From the NCBI RefSeq assembly GCF_009914755.1, contig NC_060927.1: a stretch of DNA of 64,000 nt; one strand, 5' to 3'. The notes beneath the pieces were generated by a model. It had not been told where the DNA came from. It searched no databases and saw nothing but the letters and a program-made list of their open reading frames with translations. The position numbers and the translations under genes are program-made. Within the stretch, counting starts at the first letter, position 1. Each line of letters opens with the position of its first letter. The DNA comes from the human T2T-CHM13v2.0 reference genome, Homo sapiens. Positions 30,401 through 46,286 of the stretch are shown piece after piece.

Positions 30401-32479
30401 TCACGCCTGTAATACCAGCACTTTGGGAGGCTGAGGTGGGCAGATCACAAGGTCAGGAGTTCAAGACCAACCTGGCCAGGATGGTGAAACCGTGTCTCTA
30501 CTCAAAAAATACAAAAAAATTAGCCGGGCATGGTGGCGGGCTGCTCGGGAGGCTGAGGCTGCTTGAACCTGGAAGGCAGAGGTTGTAGTGAGCTGAGATC
30601 GCGCCACTGCACTCCAGCCTGGGTGACAGAGTGAGACTCCATCTCAAAAAAAAAAAAGGAATGAAATTCTGATCCATACTGCAATATGAACGACCCTTGA
30701 AAATCCGAAGTCAAGGAAGCTAGAAATGAAGAACGAGTATTGACTGACTCCAGTTCCATATGGTACTAGAATTGGCAAACATAGAAAGTGGAGTGGAGGC
30801 TACCAGTGTCTGGAGGAGGAATGGAGACTTAGTGCTTCAGGGGGACAGAGTTTCTGGTTAAGATGATGCAAGAGGTCTAGAAATGGATGGTGGTGATGGC
30901 TGGGCAACATTGTGAACGTACTTAATGGCACTGAATTGTACACTTAAAATGGTCCAAACAATAGATTTTATGCTATACATATTTACTATAATTAAAAAAA
31001 ACCTAGTGATACCACTAAGTCACTAAACTGATTCCAGTCACCAGACTGTGTTTAGGTCGAAGTGTCCCACCTCCCCTAACTGGACTGAGTTTAAGGTCTG
31101 AGACCTTTTCTTTTTCTGAGACAGAGTCTTATTCTGTCGCCCAGGCTGGAGTACAATGGTGTGATCTCGGCTCACTGCAACCTTCACATTCCAGTTTCCA
31201 GTGATTCTCCTGCCTCAGCCTCCTGAGTAGCTGGGATTACAGCAGTGTGTCACCACGCCCGGCTAATTTTTGTATTTTTAGTAAAGACGGGGGTTTCACC
31301 TTGTTGCCCAGGCTGGTCTCGAACTCCTGACCTCAGGTGATTCACCTCCCTCGGCCTCCCAAAGTGCTAGGATTACAGGTGTGAGCCACTGCCCCCAGCT
31401 GGTCTGAAACTTCTTGTTCATAATTTTGAAATAATGCAGACTACTGGTGGTAGGTAGTCTGAGGTCAAGAGGTGGCATGAGATGGTAGTATCCTGGAAGA
31501 AGTAGCCGAGGAGGAAAATGGAACTCTCAGCCACAGAACCAGGCTCAAGCCTGCCACCCACTGTTGTCTCTGGCAAGCAGACCCACACAGCCTCAGTTTC
31601 CTCAACTGCAGATTGGGTCTGCAGGAGATCAACTAAGAAAGCAAGAAGGTCTGATATGTTCTAGCTACATGTGATCTGGTAGAACTCTTGGGATCCTGAG
31701 CAGGATTTCTCAGAAGCCCCATGTGAATAGAGATCGCCTGTGTCTTCATTTATTCTACAATCATTTAAATAACTACTATGTGTCAGCATTCACCAAGGTG
31801 CTGAAGGCCACAAAAATTCCTGCCCTCAGGGAACTTGTTCTATCTGGTATTTTGTTCATCTCTGAATCTGTAGTTACAGCATAGGGCCAGGCACACAGTG
31901 GGCACTCAGGAAACACTGAATGAAGGAACTGGAGAAGAATAGACTATCGGAAAGATGGACTAGCAGCCATGCTCTGCTGCTTGCAAGTTTTGCGGCTTTG
32001 GACTGATTCAATCACTTCAGCCTCAGTGGCTACATCCACCCAATGGGGAAGGATGCCCCAGGGCGCCACTGGAGCGGCAGAATTTGGGAAACATCACCAT
32101 AACGGCATGCAGCTTCTAACCTCACATATTCTCATGCTTCCTGAGACACTTGGTTAGGCTTTCAAAATAAGTTTTAAGAAAAGTTCATTATATAGTACAA
32201 ATGACTCTGGTCCATAAGACTTGCAAACTAATTCTGTCCTATGGAGGGAAGATTATTTCATCCCTCCCATCCCCATGGGAGAAAAAACCCAATTTTGTAT
32301 GTATACATTTATCTCTTTTTTTCTTCTTTTTAGAGACAAGGCCTCATGCTGTTGCCCAGGCTGGAGTACACAATGGTATGGTCATATCTCACTGCAGCCT
32401 CAAACTCCTGGGCTCAGGCAATCCTCCCACCTAGCTGGGATTATAGGCACATACTACCACTGCTCCCAGCGTGCATGCC

Positions 32480-32506
32480 TCTCACTATGTTGCTCAGGCT
32501 GGTCTC

Positions 32507-32548
<42 letters not shown>

Positions 32549-32765
32549 TGTGTGTGTGTCTCTCTCTATGTTGCCCAGGGGTGTGTGTGTGTGTGTGTGC
32601 GCATGTGTCTCTCTCTCTCACTGTGTTGCCCAGGCTGGTCTCAAACTCCTGGGCTCAAGAGATCCTCCTGCCGTGTGTGTGTGTAAGTGTGTGTGTCTCT
32701 CTCTCTCTCTCTCACTATTGCCGAGGCTGGTCTCAAGCTCCTGGGCTCAAGAGATCCTCCTGCCT
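32480..32765 (-). repeat. Alu segment repeated four times, interleaved with (TG)n/(TC)n
   Basis: ctcactatgttgcccaggctggtctcaaac-type unit recurs near 32480, 32562, 32617 and 32710 between dinucleotide runs. Confidence 0.85.
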
Positions 32766-33061
32766 TGAACTCCCAAAGTGCTGGGATTCCAGGTGAGAGC
32801 TACTGCACCCAGCCTATCTCATCATTCTTACTGGACCTATATATGTGTGGGATTTTGAATTCTCCTTTGAACTGATTGTAACTTCTTGCTAGTTCTCTCA
32901 TTAATTAATGAATTCAATGAAATCTTTGACACATACTTTTTTTTTTTTTTTTTGGTAAGACACTTGCTGTTTTGCCCAGGCTGGAGTGCAGTGACACAAT
33001 CTCGCCTCACTGTCACCTCCACCTCCTGGGTTCAAACGATTCTCCTGCTTCAGGCTCCTGA

Positions 33062-33241
<180 letters not shown>

Positions 33242-33557
33242 TAAAAAACTGACTAGAAGACTACTTAGGAAAACTTCCTATTTCAATGAAAAAATGTAGT
33301 TGCTAGAGTGGAAAGTAGTCATAAAAATAAAATGCATCCAGGTTCCACCAGGAGGAACATGTGCACCCCTGGGCACACGCCAGTGTTGTCCACAGCACTT
33401 CGAGAGCCCATCAGGCTCCGTGTTGTCTGATACAGGCTATGCTTTGTCAGCACCAAAGCCAGACCCAGGTGCTGAGAAGGCTGAGTCCATGTGAACAGAC
33501 AGGGGCTCTCCCATTGCCCGTACCCACCTTGTCCCCAGGAAACCCCAATTTGCTCAC

Positions 33558-33745
33558 TTCATGATGCGTTTGGCCCCACAGCAGTGCAGATCATAGGAAA
33601 GGGAGTACGTATCATAAAAAGTCGCCTTCATGTTCAGGCAGCCAATGAAGTCCTGTGGGTTCAGCTTGTACAGGTCAAAGGTTACACGGGCCACATCAAT
33701 CTTCTTGGCAGGCTTATGGGAGAGGGACTGTGGGTGCCTCGTCCC
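33558..33745 (-). pseudogene. CIDECP1: CIDEC penultimate exon copy (CIDE-C domain), 188 nt, splice sites intact
   Basis: tgcag|GTRHPQSLSHKPAKKIDVARVTFDLYKLNPQDFIGCLNMKATFYDTYSLSYDLHCCGAKRIMK|gtgagc. Confidence 0.93.
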
Positions 33746-36038
33746 CTGCATCGAGACAACCAGATGGTTAGCACCCCTAAAGACTCTCTACTTACGCTTA
33801 TGATAGGCTTATGACTACTGCATTCCAGCCTATTAGTCACCGCAGTGTTAGATAGTGGCGATGATTGCACAACTTTGTGAATATACTAAAAAACCCTGAA
33901 TTGTAAACTTTTAGAGGAAGGAAACCATACCACAATTAAAAGGTAAATGTAACTTACATTATATTTTATTGGACAATATTTTTCTAGACTATGAACCCTG
34001 AAGCCAGGAGCCAAGAGGTACCCTGATAAAGTCTCTGGGTAGTGATTCCACAACAGAGGGCCTGGGCTCCAGTTCCACCTCATAGAGTCCAGCCCACTTG
34101 TTCTTTCCCTGGCAGCCAAGGAGCTATGAAGTGGGGCTTCCCAGACTGGCTCTGTGGCTCCATAGGGATGGCAGAAGCATCACTGACCTTATTCCCCAGC
34201 TTCAGCCTGGGCAACAGAGCAAGACAATGTTTCAAAAAAAAAAAAAAAAAATTTCTGACAGGTATTAAACCAAAGCTGAAAAATACATGAATAAAATATA
34301 TTAGACTAGGTTTGGGGATAGAATGTGTGTAAAAAATGGTTCTCGAACTTGAAGAATATACTACTGACTTTTTGGAAAGGAGAAGACATAGATTCTTAAG
34401 AATATGGAACTCTGGTTTGAGAGGTACCGAGTTTAAAGTTTTATTCTAAGACAATGTCATTTAGGCCTGGTACAGTGGCTCACACTTATAATCCCAGCAC
34501 TTTGGGAGGCTGAGATGGGAGGATCCCTTGAGCCCAGGAATTTGAGACCAACTGGGCAACATAGTGAGACCCTGTCTCTGCCAAAAATAAATAGATGTCT
34601 TTCAGTTACAAATTACAAAGCTTTATCTTTATAACAGTACAAGGACTTATTTTTAGATATTCACAAAAATAAAAATACAAAATTAAAAATTTCTTGCGGA
34701 ATTTGCAAACTTCAGATAACACAGATATTGAGTGTTTAGAAAATACAGGATAATTTAAGATTGCTTATTTAGGGTCTTAAAATACCTCAGGGTCATGATA
34801 TTCAACTCCATTTCTACAAAACTATTCAGCAGCGTAAATATAGGAGAGCTAGATGAATTTCTTTTGATTACACTGCCTGGAAAAGTCTTGAATTATCGTA
34901 GACTGAACAAGTGTTTTTTCGTTTGTTTTTCTGGAGACAGGGTCTTGCTTTGTCACCCAGGCTGGACCAAAAAGGTCGAGGCTGCAGTGATTGAGGCTGC
35001 AATCGCAGTGGTGCGATCATGGCTCACTTCAGCCTCGAACTCCCGGGCTCAAGTGATCCTCACACCTCAGCCTCCCGAGTAGCTGGGACTACAGGCACAC
35101 ACCACTGCACCTGGCTAAAGTTTAAATTTTTTTGTAGAGACAGTGGTCTCATTGTGTTGCCCAGGCTGGTCTTGAACTCCAGGGCTCAAGCGATCCTCCC
35201 ACCTCAGCCTCCCAAAGTATTGAGATTACAGGTGAGAGCCACCACGCCTGGCTGTGAACAAGTTTTTTGATGGCCTACCATGTGCCTTGCACTCTGCTGC
35301 ATGCTATGGGGTATAGAGTAAGGCAAGGTCATGACCCTGCGCTCAGAGTTTCTGTTCAAGTGATAAAATATGCAAACGGAAAAATAATAGATACTTAATC
35401 TAGTGCAACAAGAGCGAAACTCCGTCTCAAAAATTAAATTAAGTTAAATTAAATAAATAAATAAATACTGCAATGAAGTATGTGAGGAAGTTGCCTCCAC
35501 CCTAGGAAGGGAAATGATAATTACAATTCCTTACATGTCTAACAGCAGTGTTACAGATTGCAAAGCGCTTTGGTGCTTAGCATCTCAGCTAACCATTGGA
35601 ACAGTAATTTGGTAGAATGCAGATTATCACACTCACTTGACTGGATGTTACAAATACTAAAAGCTATAAAGCACCAGGCACTCTTCCCAACGAAAGGGTG
35701 GGATGGGATAGTTCATAGGTAAACCCACCGAGGGTTGGCGACTAACCTAAAGGATTAACAGCACCGTTTTTGTTTTTTGTTTTTAACACTCAATACGTCC
35801 TAGATCCTGTGCTAAGGGATTTACAGACATCATCTAATTTGATTCCCACCTGTCTATGAGGGAGGTACTGTTATTATCCCCATTTCACAGAGGACAAAAG
35901 TGAAACACAGAGGTAACGGGTAAGGTCACCTTGCCAGTGGGGGCGAGACGTGAACCTAGGCAAACTGACACAACGCCTGCACTTTCTTGTCCAAGGTCAC
36001 GGCGGTGTGAGGTAGGCTGGGGAAGGGAGGGCGCTGAC

Positions 36039-36188
36039 CTGTCAGATACTTGTTCCTGGGTGAGCTTCTTGTCGCTCTCCAGCAGGATGGACACGTAGTG
36101 GCGGATCATGTCTACGAAGAGTGATAACGATGGGTAGGACCACCCAGAGGCAGATGTTGGAGTCAAGCAACAGTTCTGGCCCTGCCAT
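36039..36188 (-). pseudogene. Frameshifted copy of the EMC3 (TMEM111) exon 1 coding region
   Basis: [23 protein letters not shown], then a frameshift, then [26 protein letters not shown]. Matches the recalled EMC3 N-terminus [51 protein letters not shown]. Donor AG|gtcagc intact. Confidence 0.92.
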
Positions 36189-36189
36189 C

Positions 36190-36620
36190 TTCACTGAAAG
36201 CTGGCTCCCAGCCGGTGATGGGCGAGCTTCTCTTCACCGGGGCGCAGTTGCTTCTCTCTGACGTCGCCTCTGGGCCTTCTCTCGCCCCTATGCCCGGCTA
36301 GCACAGAACTCTGCTGCAGCGGTGAGCCCAGCTTATTGCCTTCAGCTGGGCTGCCCGGCCTTCCACTTCCGGCGCGGAAGTTGGCGTCACGTCATGGCGC
36401 GCCTCGGTGGCGTCAGAGCGGCGTCGGGCCTGGCGGGAAAGTCGAAAACTACGGGCGGCGACGGCTTCTCGGTGAGTAAGTGGAGCAATGGTCGTAGTCT
36501 CTCGAGGCCCCGCTCCCCTGCGGCCTAATCTCTAAGTCCGGGCCGCGGTCGGCGTTCTCCTCTGGGGCTCCGCGCCCCGAACCTTGGCTTCCTCATCTGC
36601 CCTGAGATGGGATAATCCCC
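36190..36620. promoter_or_regulatory. Bidirectional CpG-island promoter of FANCD2 and the EMC3-derived transcript
   Basis: CpG-rich. Inverted ETS/GABP pair ACTTCCG-gcg-CGGAAGT (36365-36381), CRE-like TCACGTCA, YY1-like CATGGCG, E2F site TGGCGGGAAA (36431-36440). Confidence 0.85.
36430..36471 (+). other. FANCD2: FANCD2 non-coding exon 1 (start approximate)
   Basis: ...GACGGCTTCTCG|gtgagt donor, joining exon 2 GAAGTAATTT as in the recalled FANCD2 5' UTR. Confidence 0.85.
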
Positions 36621-37706
36621 ACAGGTACCTTTCTGCGTCATTAAAATGCGGAAACGAGAAAGGCTTTTACCCTCACCCGCTTCCCGATGAACTAATCCAG
36701 GCAGTCGGCCTCATCTCACTTCTGTTGGGCTTTTCTGGAAGCCAGATGGTATCGCACGTGTTAAAGGCGGGTGCCTGGAAGCCGGACGTGCTGACAAGAC
36801 TTAGTTTTTCCATCTGCAAGATGGCTGATAATGGTTATCCGTATTAACCGAAGCGGCGATAAATAAAAAGTTTAGCACAGGGCCCGGTACCTCGTAAATG
36901 TTAACCATTATTAGAAGTCATTATAATCATCAAGAGTAAGTATAGGTGGTGAAGAGCGCAGGTGCTGAAGCCAGACTCCGAGTTAGAATCCCAGTTCTGC
37001 CCGTGATGATGAGAATAATGGTACCCACCTCAAAAAGTTTTGTGGGAAATAAATGAATTATTAAATATAAAGCACTTGAAACAGTTCTTGTTAGCTTTTA
37101 GCATTTCCCCTGCACTGCGAGCTTTTTTCACTCTGAATATTCTCAGAAATTTTCCTTATGCCGGTAACTATGCTGGGCATTAGGGACATTGAGTAAGTGA
37201 GACTGGGTTCCTGCTCTCAAAGAGCCCCAGTCTAGTGTGAGGTAAGGGCCCCTAGGTATACCCTGTGGAGCAGGGAAGCTGCAGTAGCAAACTCCCTTAG
37301 GGATAGGAGGAACACTTTTCAAGGAAGATGACATTCGATTGAATGTTTAGATCTGAGTAGGAATTTCCAGGCAAATAAGAGCACTTCAGATGAAAAGAAC
37401 ACCTTTGTGCAAAGGCACTGAGACCACGAAGGTTCTGATTTACAAGATTAAAAGGTCATGTGATTCAGGCACTTCCCCCACCTCTGCTGTCTGATTTCTA
37501 ACTCCACATCTCCTTGTTTCAGTATGAGTATCTATTTGCCTGGACTCCTCTTCTCCTACCCCTTCTACTGGCTAACTGCTGTTTCAGCCCTCAAGTCCCT
37601 GCCTAAAAATCACTTCTTCAGGCCGGGCGCGGTTGGCTCACGCCTGTAATCCCAGCACTTTGGGAGTCCGAGGCGGGCGGATTATGAGGTTATGAGATCA
37701 AGACTA

Positions 37707-37944
<238 letters not shown>

Positions 37945-38654
37945 TCACACCTGTAATCCCAGCACTTTGGGAGGCCGAGGTGGGTGGATCACTTGAGGTC
38001 AGGAGTTTGAGACCAGCCTAGCCGACATGGTGAAACCCTGTCTCTACTAAAAAAAAAAAAAAAAAATTCAAGGAGATTGTCCCTAAGAAATGGTCCTTGC
38101 TTCTCTTTACCACCCTTACTAGCAACTAGACTAAATTTCCTAGTAAGCCCTCATAGAACCTGTACTTTTATAGCACTTACATAACTGTAGTTCAGTACAT
38201 TAAGGCTATTTGTTACCATACTGTAAATTCCCTGAGGACAGGGATCATGTCTGTCTAGTTCACAGTTGTAACCCCAGCACCTAGCACAGTCCCTAACATA
38301 TAGTATTGAAATCATGAATTAAAGGACAGGTACGTTGGGGATAGATAATGGAGGGTCTTGAATCTCAGATGGAGAGTGATGGGTTTTATCCTTCAGCAAC
38401 AGCGAAGTAGTCTGCCTAAAGAGGTAACTAAGACTTGAAAGGAAGGTAGTATTGGCTAGATGTAAGAGTTGAAATTTGCTTAGCACCTAGGTTTAGGTAG
38501 CATTAATATGGAGATGTGAGCCCCTCTGATTTTGGATAGAGCAGTTTTCTTTGAACAATAGCTTTAACTTCTCAGAATTTATCTTCTAGAGGGTAACTTC
38601 TGTTTCCCGATTTTGCTCTAGGAAGTAATTTAAGTGCACAAGACATTGGTCAAA

Positions 38655-38718
38655 ATGGTTTCCAAAAGAAGACTGTCAAAATCTGAGGATAAAGAGAGCC
38701 TGACAGAAGATGCCTCCA
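38655..38718 (+). CDS. FANCD2: FANCD2 exon 2 coding part (exon begins 38622)
   Basis: MVSKRRLSKSEDKESLTEDAS, then gtaagt. Confidence 0.97.
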
Positions 38719-39633
38719 GTAAGTATCTAGTCATTTGTTGCTTTATTTCCTGTAGCAATGTGTGAGGCATGTGAGAGATATAAAGTTCCTGCTTTTCAAG
38801 TGCTGAGAATCTTCAAAGTGTAATGAATGGAGTGCACAGAATTAAGGGAGAAATATCAGATTTGGGACTGAGTTTTTGCCTCGAATTCTGCGTATAACTT
38901 TGAGTATGACCACAGCCTCTGGACCTCAGTCTCCACATCCATAAGAGGAATTAGTGTTACAGACTTTTTCTGCTATACATCATTTAGGTGTTGAGACACA
39001 AAGACATAACATAGTCTGTACCCTTAAAAAACTTTATGGTCTTTCTTCCTCTCTTGGAAAAAAAATATTATGATCTAGACACATGCTATGTTAGTGATGT
39101 GAAAGGAAAAATACATCAAAGCAAGCAAACCAGAGGCAAAGAAACAGTGCAGACTCTGCCCATATGAGAAATAGTTGACAAAGATCCCAAGAGTTCCAGA
39201 TATAAGGAGTTGATGGCTGGGTGCTATCGCTCACACCTGTAATCCAAGCACTTTGAGGGGCTAAGGTGAGAGGGTCACCTAAAGCTAGGAGTTCAAGACC
39301 AGCCTGGGTAACATAGCGAGACTCCATCTCTACAAAAAATTTTTTTAATTAGCTGGGCATGGTGGTTTGTGCCTGTGGTCCCAGCTACTGAGGAGGCTGA
39401 AGTGGAAGGATCACTTGAGCTCAGGAGGTCGAGGGTGCAATGAGTCAATAACAGCACCACTGCACTCCAGCCTAGGCGACAGAGCAAGAGAGACCATGTC
39501 TCAAAAAGGGAGTGGGGGGCGGGGAGGTTGATAGTTCATTTATTGCTCTTATCTACTCTATTAATCTTGATTTGTGTTGGTTTGTTTTTATTTTACTAGG
39601 TTTTTTGGGAACAGGTGGTGTTCGGTTACATAA

Positions 39634-40020
<387 letters not shown>

Positions 40021-40111
40021 TGATCCATCCATCTCGGCCTCCCAAAGTGCAAGGATTACAGGCTTGAGCCACCACGCCTGGCCCATTATATCATTTTTTT
40101 TTTTTTTTTGA

Positions 40112-40426
<315 letters not shown>

Positions 40427-40765
40427 TAGCTTAGCTTCTACTGACTTGTGGATTGAAGAGTTATTTCTTACTAGGTTATTGGAAGTTAAGTCTGATTCTT
40501 GGTCAATTCAACCGAAATAGATGAAAATGCTTGCTGAACAGTGATTATAATGATAAAAATTGTGAGTCCAAAACCATGTAAGGAATAGGCTTGATTTAGA
40601 AACGGAAACTGTGGGCCGGGCACAGTGGCTCACACCTGTAATCCCAGCACTTTGGGAGGCCAAGGCGGGCAGATCACCTGAGGTCAGGAGTTCAAGATCA
40701 GCCTGGCCAACATAGTGAAACCCCATCTCTACTAAAAATACAAAAATTAGCTGGGCGTGGTGTCA

Positions 40766-40894
<129 letters not shown>

Positions 40895-42772
40895 TCAAAA
40901 AAAAAAGGAAGTTGTGAAGCTCCAATGGTTGATTAGTAATGGGGTTCTAGAATTAGAATATAGAGAAATTGGTAGAAAATTTGAAACTGAAGAGGAATAA
41001 TATAGGAAATTACTGAAAGTAAATGTTATACTTTGGAAATACTGTTCTCCAAAAGAGAAGAGACTTCTGAATTAAGTTTATTAGAAGGGATTTGGGTTCT
41101 CTTGGTCAGTAATGAACAAACTGAAACTTTCATTCTGGTTGTGTTTTACATTTCATTCAGGAAGGTAGTGGTCTTTGTCTCATTCTGATTAAGGCTTTAT
41201 TAGAAAGAGGGAAAGGAGGCCAGGCACGGTGGCTCACGCCTGTAATCCCAGCACTTTGGGTGGCCAAGGCGGGCAGATCACGAGGTCAGGAGATTGAGAC
41301 CATCTTGGCTAACACTGTGAAACCCCGTCTCTACTAAAACTACAAAAAATTAGCCGGGCGTGGTGGTGTGCACCTGTAGTCCCAGCTACTGGGAGGCTGA
41401 GGCAGGAGAATGGCATGAACCCGGGAGGCGGAGCTTGCAGTGAGCCAAGATCGCGCCACTGCACTCCAGCCTGGGCGACAGAGCAAGACTCCATTTCAAA
41501 AAAAAAAAAAAAAGAAAGAGGGAGAGGAATTGAAGAAGGAAAAAACAAAATGGCATCATTAAGGGAGAAGAGTAAATTTTAAACTTGGCTTCAAGTACCT
41601 GTTTGTTTCTTGTTTCTTATTTCTTTTTATGGGTTGAAAGTCTTGGGATTAAACCTATCTGAGCATTGTAGTCAAAGATATGATACAAAGAACCTTCCCC
41701 ATTCTGTCTACCCTTTATTCAGATCATTGAGTCTCAAATTTGGTGTGTATCAGGATTATTATCTGAAGAACATAAAAAATTCGGATTCCTAGGTCCCATT
41801 CCCAAGATTTTGACTCAGTAACTCTGGTATATGGCATGGAATATGCCTTTTTTTTCCTTTGAGACAGAGTGTCACTCTGTTGCTCAGGCAGGAGTGAAGT
41901 GGCGCGATCTGGGCTCACTGCAACCTCTGCCTCCCGGGTTCAAGTGATTCTCCTCCTCAGCCTCCCGAGTAGTTGGTATTACAGGCGCACGCCACCACAC
42001 CCAGTTAATTTTGTATTTTTAGTAGAGATGGGGTTTCACCACGTTAGCCAGGCTGGTCTTGAACTCCTGACCTCAGGTAATCAGCCTGCCTCGGCCTCCC
42101 AAAGTGCTGGGATTACAGGCGTGAGCCACTGTGCTGGGTCGGAAATATGCATTTTAATAAGCTTCCCAGGGATTCCAGTACAGTGGTTTGCAGGCAACAG
42201 CTTGAGAGACACTGGCTAGTTTAGTATTTGGGTGGAAAACATTTCTGTGGGTTATTCTTGTTAGGCACTTATTTGTTTGAATTTATTTTTTTAGAGATGG
42301 GGATTTCACTCTGTCACCCAGGCTGGAGTGCAGTGGTAATATCATAGCTCACTATAGCCTCAACCTCCTGGGCTCAAGTTATTCTTCCGCCTTAGCCTCC
42401 GAAGTAGCTGGGACTACAGGTGTGCGTCTCCTCACCTAACTAGTTTGTGTGTGGAGGGGGGGAATGGGGGTGAAGGGGGGGAGATGGGGGGGTGGTCTCA
42501 CTTTGTTGCCCAGGCTGGTCTTGAACTCCTGGCTTCAAGTGATCCTCCTGCCTTGGCCTCCTAATTTGCTGGGATTACCACATGAGCCACCTTGCCTGGC
42601 CAGAAATGGCACATTTTGAATTCTTCAAATGAAAATAGGTGAAAATAATTCTATTTGTTTGTTTTGGAAGCCACTATTGCTGAAGACAGTTTATTTCACT
42701 ACAGCATCAATCCTAGTATAATTTTTAAGGACACATCAGTTTTCCTCTCATGATTATTATTCCTGGGTTTAA

Positions 42773-42982
<210 letters not shown>

Positions 42983-43152
42983 TAATTTTATTCTCTGGGT
43001 TTAATGAAATAGTTCAGGACTGAATCATGGGTTTTCTAAATAGAGAGGCAATGAAGATTAGAAATCAGAGGGCCATCCATCTTGAGACAAAGTTGAAATT
43101 GCTTTTTAGAAAATGGTACAGTCAGGCCGGGCGCGGTGGCTCACGTTTATCA

Positions 43153-43470
<318 letters not shown>

Positions 43471-43668
43471 TCATCCTTTTATTAGAAAAAATATTATATA
43501 TTATTTATTTTGTGTTTTCTTATGAAAAAATAAATATCCAGAAAGCAGCTGTATCAGTGTCAGAATAATTTCAGAAGAAAATTTATAAAGCCATATAAGA
43601 TTCTGTTTTGGGGGAGCAGATTATTCTATCTTGCTAAGGTTATGGCAGGTCTTTTTTAGAACACTTAG

Positions 43669-43877
<209 letters not shown>

Positions 43878-44468
43878 TAGTAGAGACGGAGTTTCACCGT
43901 GTTAGCCAGGATGGTCTTGATCTCCTGACCTTGTGATCCACCTGCCTCGGCCTCCCAAAGTGCTGGGATTACAGGCATGAGCCACCGCGCCCAGCCAAAG
44001 CTAAGTCTTTTATGTGGGTTTAGACACAACCCCATGACTCTGGGCTGGGCACAGTGGCTTATGCCTGTAATCCCAGCACTTGGGAGGCTGAGGAGGGTGG
44101 ATCACGAGGTCAGGAAATCGAGACCATCCTGGCTAACACAGTGAAACCCTGTCTCTACTAAAAATACAAAAAACGAAACAAAACAAAAAAAAACGTGTCT
44201 GTAGTCCCAGCTACTTGGGGGGGCTGAGGCAGGAGAATCATTTGAACCCAGGAGGCGGAAGTTCCTGTGAGCTGAGATCACGCCACTGCACTCCAGCCTA
44301 GGCAACAGAACAAAACTCCATCTCAAAAAAAAAAAAAAAAAAAAAGATTTGTCTCTGAAATTAGGTTGAAAATATTTTTATTGGTTTCATCAGGCAAGAA
44401 ACTTGGGTTTTTAGAGAAGGAAAACTATGGTAGGAAACTGGTGACCAGCTCTTCTTTTTTCTGCATAG

Positions 44469-44536
44469 CTGTGGATCAAATAGCTTTCCAAAAGAAGCTC
44501 TTTCAGACCCTGAGGAGACACCCTTCCTATCCCAAA
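44469..44536 (+). CDS. FANCD2: FANCD2 exon 4
   Basis: AVDQIAFQKKLFQTLRRHPSYPK; AG/GT. Confidence 0.96.
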
Positions 44537-44652
44537 GTATGTATTTTTCCCCTGGTATTTTTGCTTGTGCCAGCATAACTCTAGAATTTGGAATTTAAGG
44601 ACACTGGTATAAAGTTGAGTGGGCTAGAATGATTTTTAACAGCAAATATTAA

Positions 44653-44901
<249 letters not shown>

Positions 44902-45172
44902 TAAGCTCTGTTTTCCTCAGAGTTTAAACTAAGTTTAAAATTCCTAAGCTTGTGGTTATGAGCCTAACAATCAGTGTTTTACCTATGCTGACAGAATTTC
45001 AAATCTCTACCTCTCCCTTGCAAAGAGCCATCTGCTCATTTCTGTATTTCTTGTCTAACAGGGTAGTTCCTCTTTAAATATTATGTATTTAACCAATTTT
45101 ATTGAGAAAAGATGATAAAAGCATTAAAACAAGGAAAGCAAAGTGGAAAACAGATTTCTTTTTTTTTTACAG

Positions 45173-45233
45173 TATGGGTGCATCTTATTCTAAGAGTCTC
45201 ATCAAACTGCTTCTGGGGATTGACATACTGCAG
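45173..45233 (+). CDS. FANCD2: FANCD2 exon 6
   Basis: SMGASYSKSLIKLLLGIDILQ; AG/GT. Confidence 0.96.
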
Positions 45234-46286
45234 GTAAGACTGTCACTTTTTCTGTGAACATTTGATGGAAGAGGTTTGTGGTGTATGCTCAAGTCTAAAT
45301 AGCGGGAACACAGGATAGAGTAGGGTTAATTGGAGAATTTGGGTTTGTAGCAGCTTTAGCACAGCCCTGTTGCTGTGATGGGTTTGGTAGGGTAATGTCT
45401 GTGTTTTAAAACTGTGCTTATTAGCCTAATACATCTGGCGGCCCCATTTATTCTCTCTGCATCTGATTCCTGTTCTTAAAGCTGCATCCTGTGTATCTCT
45501 GAGTATCTGGTAATCTTTATCATATTCATATCTACATTATCTCCCATTTAGCTTTTTAGATGCTTATGTAACTTAATTTTGTCCTTTTCCTCCTCCTCGT
45601 CTCTTTTATTAAGTAGACAATACATTGATATGATTTAAATATCTCAAGTTATACAAATGTATATAGAGCAGAAAACTTCCCTCCACCCCATTCTCCATTT
45701 TTCCTCTTCTCCCCTACTGTTAATCTTTTCACACTCTTAAACTCTTCCTTTTCACTGGAAATCTTGAAGATAATTTAGTTATTTTAAGTCTAAGAGCTCC
45801 CTTGTTCCTCCTGAGAGCTCCCCTTGCAAGTTATTTGATAATCTTTTAAAGTTTGCATTTTGTGGATTAACAGTTATTGTATTTAATAATATTTTAATTA
45901 TCTGATTATTTTAACGTTGCCTTGATAATCATTTTCAGTTTTTCAGAAGACAAATTAAGTCTTTGTATTCCAATAGCATATTCTAAAAATGAAGACATAT
46001 TCGTGTGGATATCCTTGTAATAAGATATCAACTTTAGCAAAGTGTTTATTCCAGGAGCTCTAGTTGGAAAGAGAATTATACATTTCTTTTTTTTTTTTTT
46101 TTTTTGAGTCAGAGTCTCCTTTGTCACCCAGGCTGGAGTGGAGTGGTGCAATCTCGGCTCACTGCAATCTCTGCCTTCCCCAGGTCCAAGAGGTTCTCGT
46201 GCCTCAGCCTCCCAAGTAGCTGGGATTATACATTTCTATTGTGTATTTTGAGATCATCTCCTAACTCCCTATGTCTTCTTTTTTAG

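Noticed and set aside
32221-32796. 191-aa Cys/Val-rich ORF
   Set aside because: Translation of (TG)n and Alu sequence.
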